From positions 4,224,001-4,288,000 of the forward strand of contig OZ251997.1 of the NCBI GenBank assembly GCA_965247095.1: a DNA stretch of 64,000 nt. Direction: 5' to 3'. Below are positions 8,215-17,016 of this stretch, piece by piece (positions within the stretch are counted from its first letter, which is position 1; every line of letters starts with the position of its first letter). The translations under genes were made by a program, and so were the position numbers. Below the pieces are notes generated by a model that was not told the DNA's origin, ran no database searches, and saw nothing but the letters and a program-made list of their open reading frames with translations. The DNA comes from Candidatus Multivorans sp. (GTDB taxonomy: Bacteria; Acidobacteriota; Thermoanaerobaculia; Multivoradales; Multivoraceae).

Positions 8215-10428
8215 AGGTTCTGCGGCCCTCCGACGAAACATTGCCGCCCCGATGACGAGCACGGCAGCCGCCGCGTAAGCCAGCGCCAGCAGGCGGATCA
8301 CCACAGGCACGTGGGCCTGCGTGTGGGCGAAGAACACGACGTACCAGGCGGGGACGGACCAGCCGGCGGCGAGGATGCCGGCCCAGCGCCAGGGGTCTTC
8401 GAGGGTCCACCAGTGGCGGAGGACGTAGAGGGTGGCGCCGGCCAGCGTAGCCGCGGCGGCGCCGATGAGGACGAGGGCCAGAGTCGGCGAGCCGAGGCCG
8501 ACGGTACCGAGGTTGTCTCCGATCCTCTCTAGGAACCGCTCCATGGTGGGTCGGCTGGCGTAGAAGGGGTCGATATCCGGGTGGATCGAACTGCGGGGAG
8601 CGCCGTACAGCCGGAAGGTGAGCTGGTCCCAGAACTTGAACAACACCGGCTCGCGAAACACGAGTTCGGCGAGGAGGACGCGGAGCAGGAAGACGGCGGT
8701 GAGGCAGCCGACGTAGGCGCCGGCGCAGCGGATCAGCAGCCCGCGGCGCCAGGTCCGCGGATCGCCGGGGCAGTCGGACGGTTCGGCGCCGTCGCCACTG
8801 GCCGGCGGCGGCGCCACGGCCAGAGCCAGGAGCAGGCCGGCAAGCCCGATCAGGGCGCTGCCGAACAGGAGCTCGTGGTAGGCGATCAGGGCGCCGAAGG
8901 CGGAAAAGAGAACGACCTGGCGGCTCGGCCGCCAGTGCGCGGCGCGGGATCTCGGCACGGCGAGGAACAGGAAGACCGTCAGCACGTTCGAGGCGCCGGC
9001 GGTGAAGCTGCCGGCGCGGTCGTCGAGGTCGAGGAAGAGCAGGAGGCTGCCGAAGAGCGCGGCGAGCGCAACGGCCTGGAACTGGGTCTGGCGCCTCACT
9101 AGTGGGTTCGCCTTCGCTCCTGGAACGAGCGGGAGACCGAGCCTTCGCCGGAGGCTGGCTGGACGCGCGGGTTCCCAGGCCCGAGGTAGGGCGGCTATTG
9201 CCGTTGCGATTACCAGCGCGCCGAAAAGTCCCAGGCCTAGCAGGCCGAACGTCAGCTCACGCAGCAGGCGCCGCAGTCCGTCGACCCCGATCCGCGGCAG
9301 CAGCCACTGCAGCATGACCCGCTGGCCGGCCCAGTACTGGTGGTAGAAGACGCTCAGGTAGTCCGAATCGTCGACGGCGCCCTGGTCGAGGCGTTGCTTG
9401 AGCGCGTCGCAGGGCCGCTGCGGGCGCGTATAGCGGTACACGCGGCGGGGGGAGATGGTCCGCTCCAGGGTGGATCCGTAGCGGTCGAGCGTCATCAGGC
9501 TGATCAGGCAGTCGTTGAAGCTTTCGGACGAGTCTCCGATCGTGCGTCCCGGCTGTTCGTAGGAGGCGCGCAACGCCTCTGCTACAGGCTCCGGATCGGC
9601 GCGCACGGCGAGCCAGTTCAGCGCCAGGAAGAACGCGGTGGCCACGACGGTGACGGTGGCGACCAGGGCGGTGGCGCGAAGGGGGCCGAGGCGCTGCTGG
9701 CGCACGGGCCGGATGGCAGTTGCTGTGCCTCCAGAATGCGGGCTGGAAGCCCGCGTTGCCAAGATTGGTGAGAAGAGCGTACGCAGGATGCGCATGCCGT
9801 CATGGAACGCTCTCAGCTTGCTCGACGAGCCTTCCGGCCGGGCGAAGTAGGGGCAGTGGACTTCAGTCCAGGCGAGGTCCGAGGACGCCGCGAACAGGGT
9901 CAGTTCGGTCTCGATCTCGAACCCGTTCGACCGCGCCGGGAAGCGGTCGACGAAGCGGCGCGAGAAGGCCCGGTAGCCGGACAGAAGGTCTAGAACCTGC
10001 GGGCCGCAGCGCCAGCGGGCGAGCGCGGTGAACAGCCGGTTGCCGAGGCTGCGCAGCGGCGTGTAGGCGTGTGCGTCGGCGCGTTTGCGGGCCGCCACGA
10101 GCATGTCGAGGTCACGCTCCTGGAGGGTCGAGACGAGTCGGCCGGCGCTCTCGGCGTCGTAGGTGTGGTCGCCGTCGGCCATCAGGTAGATGTCGGCGTC
10201 CACCTCATGGAACAGGCGCCGGATGGCCCGGCCCTTGCCGCGCCGGGGCTCCGCGATGACGGTTGCGCCGGCTGCCGCGGCGGCTTCGGCGGTGCCGTCG
10301 TCGGACCCGTTGTTGCAGACGTAGATGGCGGCGTCAGGCAGGGTGCGCTGGAACGCGGCCACGACGTCGGCGATCGTCGCCTGCTCGTTGAGGCAGGGGA
10401 GGAGGACGGCGATGCGAGCGCGGTTCAG
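8212..10428 (-). CDS. GT2 glycosyltransferase (DPM/GtrB-like) fused to a polytopic membrane domain
   Basis: Frame extends upstream of the track start to (CTG)NRARIAVLLPCLNEQATI; NNGSDDGT, GKG, ADGDHTY, SGYRAFSR, FEIETEL motifs; many C-terminal TM segments. Confidence 0.85.
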   Translation of the reverse strand: MNRARIAVLLPCLNEQATIADVVAAFQRTLPDAAIYVCNNGSDDGTAEAAAAAGATVIAEPRRGKGRAIRRLFHEVDADIYLMADGDHTYDAESAGRLVSTLQERDLDMLVAARKRADAHAYTPLRSLGNRLFTALARWRCGPQVLDLLSGYRAFSRRFVDRFPARSNGFEIETELTLFAASSDLAWTEVHCPYFARPEGSSSKLRAFHDGMRILRTLFSPILATRASSPHSGGTATAIRPVRQQRLGPLRATALVATVTVVATAFFLALNWLAVRADPEPVAEALRASYEQPGRTIGDSSESFNDCLISLMTLDRYGSTLERTISPRRVYRYTRPQRPCDALKQRLDQGAVDDSDYLSVFYHQYWAGQRVMLQWLLPRIGVDGLRRLLRELTFGLLGLGLFGALVIATAIAALPRAWEPARPASLRRRLGLPLVPGAKANPLVRRQTQFQAVALAALFGSLLLFLDLDDRAGSFTAGASNVLTVFLFLAVPRSRAAHWRPSRQVVLFSAFGALIAYHELLFGSALIGLAGLLLALAVAPPPASGDGAEPSDCPGDPRTWRRGLLIRCAGAYVGCLTAVFLLRVLLAELVFREPVLFKFWDQLTFRLYGAPRSSIHPDIDPFYASRPTMERFLERIGDNLGTVGLGSPTLALVLIGAAAATLAGATLYVLRHWWTLEDPWRWAGILAAGWSVPAWYVVFFAHTQAHVPVVIRLLALAYAAAAVLVIGAAMFRRRAAEP
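9119..9179 (-). repeat. Degenerate REP-like doublet inside the GT2 fusion gene
   Basis: Reverse complement cctgggaacccgcgcgtccagccagcctcc...cgttccagg; encodes the hydrophilic AWEPARPASLRRRLGLPLVPG stretch between TM helices. Confidence 0.5.
9731..9763 (-). repeat. REP family A variant in the GT2 interdomain linker
   Basis: Reverse complement cttggcaacgcgggcttccagcccgcattctgg, with a gcgggc/gcccgc stem. Confidence 0.7.
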
Positions 10429-11816
10429 GGCGCTCCGGCGTTGCCAGTCGACTGCGCCGTCCTGCCCTCAGCCGGGCCGAGCGCAAAGAGGTGTTCGCGG
10501 GCGCGCACGTAGAGCCGGTCGCCGACGATCGCGGGCGTGGCCCAGACCGACTCGCCGAGCGAGAAGCTGCCGAGCACTTCGTGCGTCCGCCCGGCGCGCA
10601 TGATCGCGATGTCGCCGTCGGTGTTGACCATCAGGATCCGGCCGCCGCCGCCGACCATGGAGGCGGAGTAGCGGCCGCGGATCGGCAGCCGACCGCCTTC
10701 GTAGACCACCTCGCCGGTGCGCGCGTCGAGGCAGGTGATCACGCCGCCGTCATTGGTCAGGTAGAGCAGTCCCTCGTAGAGGAGGTTCGAGGGCACGTAG
10801 CCGGTGCCCTTGCGGTAGGTCCACACCCGCGGGTCGCCGCCGGTCAGATCGCCGCGGCTGTCGAGACGGATGGCGAAGACGACCTTGCCCGGGTAGCCCG
10901 AAGTGAACACGGCCAGATCGCCGACCGTCATCGGGGAGTGGATCGCGTTGTTCTGGAGTCCCGTGGCGCGCCAGAGTTCGCCGCCGTCGGCGGGGTCGTA
11001 GGCGATCACCAGCTCGTTGCCGCTGGTGATCAACTGCTTCTGGCCGTCGTGCTCGACCACGATCGGCGTCGCCCAGCTCGCCTGCACCGGCCGCTCGCGC
11101 TTCCAGACTTCCTTGCCGGTTGCGGGGTCGAGCGCGACGATGAAGGAGTCGTCGCCACTGTCCTCGTCGGCTTGGATGATGAGCAGACCGCCGGTGAGCA
11201 CCGGTGACGTGCCGACGCCGAGGCCGACCGTCTTGATGTCGCCGATGTCGCGCTCCCACACCGGCTCGCCGTCCAGGGTGTAGGCGTAGACGCCCTCGGA
11301 ACCGAAATAGGCGTACACCCGCTCACCGTCGGTGACCGGAGTCGGCGAGGCGTAGGACGACTCGGAATGGCGGTCGTCGAAGACGCGGCCCGCGTAGGCG
11401 GTGTGCGACCAGAGGACCTTCCCCGAGTCGGCGTCGAGGCCGATCACCTTCATCGTGTGGTGGCGGTTGCCGTCGGTGGCCTGCGGATGCACGAACGGCT
11501 GCCCGCCGAAGGTGTGATCGGGAGGGCCGGCGCCCGGAATCACGCGGCCTGTGATCGCCGTGGTCAGGAACACGCGGCCGCCCGAGATGACCGGCGAGGA
11601 GTGGCCGCGACCTTCGATCGGGGTCTTCCAGAGCAGGTTGCGTTCGACTGTGAGGTCGGCCGCCGGGCCGGGGCCGGAACGTGCGATGCCGCTGCCGTCG
11701 GCGCCGCGAAAGCCGGTCCAGTCGTTGGAGGCTGCTTCCGCGGCGAGGGCGGTCGCCGCCGCAAGTGCGGTGGCGATCAGAATGGCTGCTGGTGAACCGT
11801 GGCGCGTAGCCTGCAT
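10425..11816 (-). CDS. PQQ-like beta-propeller protein (BamB-like)
   Basis: Signal peptide, DWTGFRG, GHSSPVI, YASPTPVTDGERVY, SWATPI, WATPAI repeats; start ATG at 11816. Confidence 0.9.
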   Translation of the reverse strand: MQATRHGSPAAILIATALAAATALAAEAASNDWTGFRGADGSGIARSGPGPAADLTVERNLLWKTPIEGRGHSSPVISGGRVFLTTAITGRVIPGAGPPDHTFGGQPFVHPQATDGNRHHTMKVIGLDADSGKVLWSHTAYAGRVFDDRHSESSYASPTPVTDGERVYAYFGSEGVYAYTLDGEPVWERDIGDIKTVGLGVGTSPVLTGGLLIIQADEDSGDDSFIVALDPATGKEVWKRERPVQASWATPIVVEHDGQKQLITSGNELVIAYDPADGGELWRATGLQNNAIHSPMTVGDLAVFTSGYPGKVVFAIRLDSRGDLTGGDPRVWTYRKGTGYVPSNLLYEGLLYLTNDGGVITCLDARTGEVVYEGGRLPIRGRYSASMVGGGGRILMVNTDGDIAIMRAGRTHEVLGSFSLGESVWATPAIVGDRLYVRAREHLFALGPAEGRTAQSTGNAGAP

Positions 11817-11839
11817 TGGAGTCTCGCGGGTTGTCGATG

Positions 11840-14800
11840 CTATGGCGTCTTGATCGGGTCGGCCGGGCGGCCGGGCAGGGTCCGGGGATCCTCGGCCAGT
11901 TTCTCGAGCAGCAGGTCGACTGCCTTCTCGAGTTGCGGATCGCGGCCGTTGAGGATGTCGCGCGGCAGGTTGGTGACTTCGATGTCCGGCTCGACGCCGT
12001 AGCCCTCGATCACCCAGTTGCCCTCGGGGTCGGCGGAGCCGGCCTCGGGTACGTTGACGGTGCCGCCGTCGATCAGGGGCGCCCGGCCGTAGATGCCGAC
12101 CACGCCGCCCCAGCTTCGCTTGCCGACGATCGGCCCTAGGCCGGCGCGGCGGAACTGGTAGGCGAACTGGTCGCCGTCCGAAGCGGTGTCCTCGTCGATC
12201 ACGCAGGCGAGGTAGCCGTGGAAGACGCCGCCGGGCGAGGTGTCGACCGAGTCGCGGTTGCGCTCGAAGTCGAGCATCAGGGTCTCGCGGCGGAGGCGCT
12301 CGATGATCATCGGCGAGACGTTGCCGCCGCCGTTCGAGCGCACGTCGACGACCATCGCCTCGGCGCGGACCTGGCCGTAGTACCACTTGATCCACTCGCG
12401 GATGCCGTCGGCCGACATGTCGGGGATGTGGAGGTAGCCGATCCGGCCGCCGCCGCGTTCGGCGACGATGCGGCGGCTGCGCTCGGTCCAGGCCAGGTAG
12501 ATCAGCGCGTCTTCGCTCGAGATCGGATCGACCAGGACGTTCCGCGCCTCGCCGCGTTCGGCGCTGGAGCCTGTGGTCAGCTCGAGCGGCCCGCGTCCGG
12601 CCTCGCGCAGGAGCTGGAAGGGGTTGCCGTTTGCTGTCAGCTCGCGGCCCTGGATGGCGAACAGGTAGTCGCCCTCGCCAACGCCGACGCCGACCTCGGT
12701 CAGCGGTGAGCGGTATCGCGGTTCCTCGTTCTGGCCGTCGAAGATGCGGGCGATCCGGTAGCGCCCGGCGCCGGAATCGAGTTCGAATCGGGCGCCGAGC
12801 AGGGCCGCCCGCGGCCGGCTCGGGGTCTCGTAGTCGCCGCCGCTGACGTAGGCATGCGAGACGTTGAGCTCCGCGACCATCTCGCTCATCACGTAGTTCA
12901 GGTCGCTGCGGTGGCCGACATGGGCGAGCAGGGGACGGTACTGCTCGCGCAGCGCCTCCCAGTCGTAGCCGTGCATGTTCGGGGCGTAGAAGAAGTCGCG
13001 GAAGCGGCGCCAGACCTCGTCGAAGATCTGCGCCCACTCTTCGGTCGGCACCCGGTCGACGGCCAGGCCGGCGAGGGACAGCGTCTTTGCGTCGCCGCCG
13101 TTGGCATCGAGCAGGCGGAATGACCGGCCCTCCCGGACCAGCAGCTTCTTGCCGTCGCGGGACAGGTCCAGGCCGCCGATGCCCTTTGCCAGGCTCTTGC
13201 CCTCGCGCTTCTTCAGGTCGTAGGCGAAGAGCTCGGGTTGTATGTCCGAGGAGCGGCCCAGGTAGCCGGCGCCGGTGCGCACGTAGAACAACTTCCCCTT
13301 GGCAGCGCCCAGGCCGCCGTAGTTGTCGGCGTCCACGGGTACGCGGGCGACGCGGCTCGCAAGACCGTCGAGGTCGACCCGGTCGCGGGCTTCCCCGTCG
13401 TCGTCGCCGTGGCCGTCGTCTTCGTCGTCGTCATCGCCGGCGTGCTCGCCGTCCTCGTCGCCGTCCTCGTGTTCGCCGTCCTCGTGCTCGCCGTTGCCGT
13501 CTTCGTCCGCCTCGCCGTCGTCCGCCTGGTCGTCGTCCTCGATTTCGACCTCGTCGCTACGGGGCGGGAAGGGGTGGGGCGTGTCCTCGCGCAGGGCGAG
13601 CGCGTAGATGTACGTCTCGCGGTCGGCGGCGTAGTTGAACTCGAAGCTCCCGATCTGCGGCTGGAACTGCCGGTCGGAGAGGAAGTAGAGGTAGTCGCCG
13701 CCGGGGTCGAACACGGGCGAGAAGTCGTTCCAGAGCTCCGACGTCACCCGGGTCATGGTCCGGGTCTCGACCTCGAACAGATGGATCGAACCGAACTCGT
13801 TCGGGTCGCCGAGCTCGACCGCCAGGAAGGCGCCGTTGGGCGACCAGTCGTAGGCGGTGCCGAAGGGCCGTGGATCGTCGGCGACCTCGATGATCTGCCG
13901 CGGGCCGGTCGGCGCGTCACCGCCGCTTCGATCGCTTGCGTCGACGATGCCCAGCCGCCCCTGCTGGTCGACAAAGGCGATGCGGTCACTGGCAGGCGAC
14001 CACAGCAGGTTGTTGTAGTGGCGGCCGACGCTGCCCTCGGTGAGCTGAACCGGTTCGCTGTTGCCGTCCTGGTTCGTGACCCAGATCTCGGTTTCGCCGC
14101 TCTGGTCGGAGACGAAGGCGATGCGCCGGCCGTCCGGCGACCAGGCCGGCTCGCGGTCGTTGGCGCCGGAGCTGCGCGTCAGGTTGCGGGTCGGTCCATG
14201 TTCGATCGGCACGCTGAAGATGTCGCCGCGGGCCGAGAAGGCGGCCCGCTTCGCCTTCGGGCTGAGCGAGAACCCGGACACCAGGTTCGCCGCCGGGACC
14301 CTGCTCGGCCGGCGGGCGAGCTGGTCCGTCGGTACATGGATGGGGATCGCCCGCGCGTTCCCCGAGGCCAGGTCGAGGATCTCGAGCGAGCCGGCCTTCT
14401 CATACACGATCCGGCGGTTCGCCTTGTCCGCGCTCGGCCAGCGCACGTCCCATTCGTCCTCGCCGGTGAGCTGGGCGAGTTCACCCGAATCGACGTCGTA
14501 CGAGTACAGGTTCAGGGTGCCGTCGCGGTCTGAGGAGAAGTAGATCCGGTCGTCGATCCACATCGGGTCGCGGTCCGAGCGCCGATGGTTCGTGACCTGG
14601 ATCGACTCCAGGCTGTCCAGGTCGAGGATCCACAGGTCCTGCGCCCAGCCGCCCTCGTACCGCTTCCAGTGCCGGAAGTCGCGGGTCACCGGCGAGTAGA
14701 CGACGCGCCGGGCGTCGGGCGAGAGATCGCCGCCGCCGGACTCGGGCATCGGCAGCGCCCGGGGCAATCCCCCGGCCGTGTCGACCAGGAACAGCTTCGT

Positions 14801-15262
14801 GTCGCCCAGGTCCCAGCCGTCGCGCAGCGACCGGAACAACACGGACTTGCCGTCAGGAGACCAGCCGTAGACCTGGTAGTCGTAGCCCCAGCGCGGCGCC
14901 AGCGGCCCGGCGGCCGGGTAGAAGGTCAGTTGACGAGGCGCACCGCCCGCCGCCTCTACGACGTAGACCTGCTCGTCGCCGTCGTACTGGCCGGTGAAGG
15001 CGATCATGGAACCGTCGGGCGAGAATTTGGCGAACAGCTCCAGGCCGGCGTGGGAGGTGAGTCGTGTCGCCGTGCCGCCGTCCGTCGAGGCGAGCCAGAT
15101 GTCGCCGGCGTAGGTGAACGCGATCCGGTCGCCGGAGAGGTCCGGGAAGCGGAGCAGCCTGGTCGGCTCGCCGGTCTGCGCCAGTCCGGGCGGCGCCAGC
15201 GCGGCGAGGGCCAGGAGGGTGGCGCCCAGCGTGGCGCGCGGCACTTGACGGGAAACGATCAT
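11840..15262 (-). CDS. Tricorn protease (S41)
   Basis: LLRFPD..GDRIAFTYAGDIW, PD40-type propellers, ELNVSHAY, GYLHIPDM, DVRSNGGG, ASDGD, GKRSWGG. Confidence 0.95.
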   Translation of the reverse strand: MIVSRQVPRATLGATLLALAALAPPGLAQTGEPTRLLRFPDLSGDRIAFTYAGDIWLASTDGGTATRLTSHAGLELFAKFSPDGSMIAFTGQYDGDEQVYVVEAAGGAPRQLTFYPAAGPLAPRWGYDYQVYGWSPDGKSVLFRSLRDGWDLGDTKLFLVDTAGGLPRALPMPESGGGDLSPDARRVVYSPVTRDFRHWKRYEGGWAQDLWILDLDSLESIQVTNHRRSDRDPMWIDDRIYFSSDRDGTLNLYSYDVDSGELAQLTGEDEWDVRWPSADKANRRIVYEKAGSLEILDLASGNARAIPIHVPTDQLARRPSRVPAANLVSGFSLSPKAKRAAFSARGDIFSVPIEHGPTRNLTRSSGANDREPAWSPDGRRIAFVSDQSGETEIWVTNQDGNSEPVQLTEGSVGRHYNNLLWSPASDRIAFVDQQGRLGIVDASDRSGGDAPTGPRQIIEVADDPRPFGTAYDWSPNGAFLAVELGDPNEFGSIHLFEVETRTMTRVTSELWNDFSPVFDPGGDYLYFLSDRQFQPQIGSFEFNYAADRETYIYALALREDTPHPFPPRSDEVEIEDDDQADDGEADEDGNGEHEDGEHEDGDEDGEHAGDDDDEDDGHGDDDGEARDRVDLDGLASRVARVPVDADNYGGLGAAKGKLFYVRTGAGYLGRSSDIQPELFAYDLKKREGKSLAKGIGGLDLSRDGKKLLVREGRSFRLLDANGGDAKTLSLAGLAVDRVPTEEWAQIFDEVWRRFRDFFYAPNMHGYDWEALREQYRPLLAHVGHRSDLNYVMSEMVAELNVSHAYVSGGDYETPSRPRAALLGARFELDSGAGRYRIARIFDGQNEEPRYRSPLTEVGVGVGEGDYLFAIQGRELTANGNPFQLLREAGRGPLELTTGSSAERGEARNVLVDPISSEDALIYLAWTERSRRIVAERGGGRIGYLHIPDMSADGIREWIKWYYGQVRAEAMVVDVRSNGGGNVSPMIIERLRRETLMLDFERNRDSVDTSPGGVFHGYLACVIDEDTASDGDQFAYQFRRAGLGPIVGKRSWGGVVGIYGRAPLIDGGTVNVPEAGSADPEGNWVIEGYGVEPDIEVTNLPRDILNGRDPQLEKAVDLLLEKLAEDPRTLPGRPADPIKTP

Positions 15263-15326
15263 CGGAACCTCCGGTCGCGGGGCGGCGCTTCGGAGCGATC
15301 AGCGCCGCGGCATTGTCTCACGTTCG

Positions 15327-15355
15327 CTGGGTGCGCCGGCGTCCCCGCCGGCTCC
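15327..15355 (+). repeat. REP variant (ctgggtgcgccggcgtccccgccggc)
   Basis: Near-identical inverted copy at about 27871-27900. Confidence 0.7.
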
Positions 15356-15376
15356 GTACCGGGCCGCGCGGAGTGC

Positions 15377-16942
15377 TTTCCAATCCTGAAATGAGCGTGA
15401 ACGGGACCGTCATGGAGAGTCGAGTCGGGTCGGTCTCGGGGTAGTTCTGGGGCGGCAGACGGTTCTGCACCGTCTGCCGCCTAGGGTAGCGCCCGCTGCG
15501 AGGCCGCGGCGGTTGCGGGCGTTGTGTTCCGGCCTGGGCCGATGGTGTTGTGCGGTGTATGGCATCGGGCTGCGCGGTCTGCGGTTCAGGCGCTCCGGCG
15601 CCGGTGGGGATCGGACTCCCGGTCGATGAGTTCAAAGAGTCTGGCACGAGCCAGCTTGAGGGCGATCGCGGCGTCGAGGTCGCTCGTGGCGCCGGCCTGG
15701 TCTTGGAGGGCGGCGATGGTGACGCCGGGCCTGAGGTACCGCTCCGCGTCCGGCAGGGACTTGAGCTTCTCGAACGGCGTCATGGTGTCCTGGTAGCGGT
15801 AGCGTTTCCTGGTGCGGCCCTTCCTGTCGGTGACCTCGGTGGGAAACAGGCACGGGCGATGGAAGTTGAGGAAGGGGGTGAGCACATCGCGTGCGAAGAC
15901 GTTGATCTCGCGGGCGAAGAGCTTGGGGATGTGCCGGTATCCGAACTGGCGCCGGATCACGTTGCCGTTCTTGCTCTCGACCAGGGCGTTGTCGTTGGTG
16001 TGCCGGCTGCGGGACTTGGTGAACTCGGGGACGTGCAGTTGGTTGAGCATCTCGGCGACCTTGCGGTTGATGTACTCGGAGCCGTTGTCGGCGTGGAAGC
16101 CCAGCACCTTGAAGGGGCAGGACTCGATGAGCTCCTTGAGCACCGGCACGAGACACCGTTGGGAGATGGCCCGTACCGTCGCCACGTGCTCCCACTGCAA
16201 CACCTCGTCCACGAGGTTGATGTGGTACACGCCCTTCTCGCCGTCTTTGTCCCCCTGATGCACCGTGTCCACCCGCAGGTAGCCCGGCTTCCCCTCCGGC
16301 TGGGGCTTGCGTCGTTCCCCGATCCCGACCGCGGTCGACCGCGTCTTCTTGAACGTCGTCCGGCGCCGCTGGTAGGTGGTCGACTTGCGCAGGTTGTAGA
16401 ACTGGCCGTTCGAGATCACAGCCAGACGCTCGAAGCGCTCGTCGCCGTACACCTCGAACTGGCGCCGCATCACCGCCCGCGTGCTGTGACCGCACATCTG
16501 GCCCAGTGCCGCGTCGACCTCGGCGAGAAGGCCGATGTCGGCCTTCGTGTAACGCCGCCCGAATGCGTGAGGCGGCGCACCGCGGCGGTCCTCGATGCGG
16601 CCCGTCTCCCGGTGCTGCCGGATCAGCCGCGTCAACTGCGACTCGGACTTCCCGGTCATCTTCATCAGGTAGCGCCGAATCATGCCCTTGTCGCGCCTCA
16701 CAAGCGCCCGGTAGCGGAACCTGACCAGCGTCTCACGGATGAACTCGTACGTCGATCCGCGGTCCACCACCACGAAGTCCACCGCCTCGTTGCCGGCCAC
16801 GAAACTGCGGACCTCACAAAGAGTCTGAAGTCGGCCTGTCTGGAGCGTCACGATCATCCTCCGATGATCCCCGATACCGGCGCTTCACGCTCACTTCTCG
16901 CTGGATTCACGCACCCCGCTCACGCTCACTTCTCGCTGGACA
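15377..16942 (-). mobile_element. Insertion sequence with rve/DDE transposase (ISNCY/IS481-like), copy A
   Basis: Ends TGTCCAGCGAGAAGTGAGCGTGA (reverse complement, from 16942) and TTTCCAATCCTGAAATGAGCGTGA (from 15377); internal exact 21-bp copy of the upstream end at 16885-16905. Confidence 0.8.
15586..16857 (-). CDS. Transposase, integrase core (rve) domain
   Basis: PGYLRVDTVHQGD, GFHADNGSEYIN, NDNALVESKNG DDE motifs. Confidence 0.92.
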   Translation of the reverse strand: MIVTLQTGRLQTLCEVRSFVAGNEAVDFVVVDRGSTYEFIRETLVRFRYRALVRRDKGMIRRYLMKMTGKSESQLTRLIRQHRETGRIEDRRGAPPHAFGRRYTKADIGLLAEVDAALGQMCGHSTRAVMRRQFEVYGDERFERLAVISNGQFYNLRKSTTYQRRRTTFKKTRSTAVGIGERRKPQPEGKPGYLRVDTVHQGDKDGEKGVYHINLVDEVLQWEHVATVRAISQRCLVPVLKELIESCPFKVLGFHADNGSEYINRKVAEMLNQLHVPEFTKSRSRHTNDNALVESKNGNVIRRQFGYRHIPKLFAREINVFARDVLTPFLNFHRPCLFPTEVTDRKGRTRKRYRYQDTMTPFEKLKSLPDAERYLRPGVTIAALQDQAGATSDLDAAIALKLARARLFELIDRESDPHRRRSA

Positions 16943-17016
16943 GCTCTCGCGGGCGAGGCCGGTGCCTTCCTCCTGTATCATTGATGGTCTCCACTCAGAC
17001 ATTCGGAGGGCTCGCG

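Noticed and set aside
10425-13037. 870-aa ORF, and similarly extended ORFs at 29848-32430, 30834-33311 and 32354-34789
   Set aside because: These are Arg/Pro-rich upstream extensions overlapping real genes, expected in high-GC DNA.
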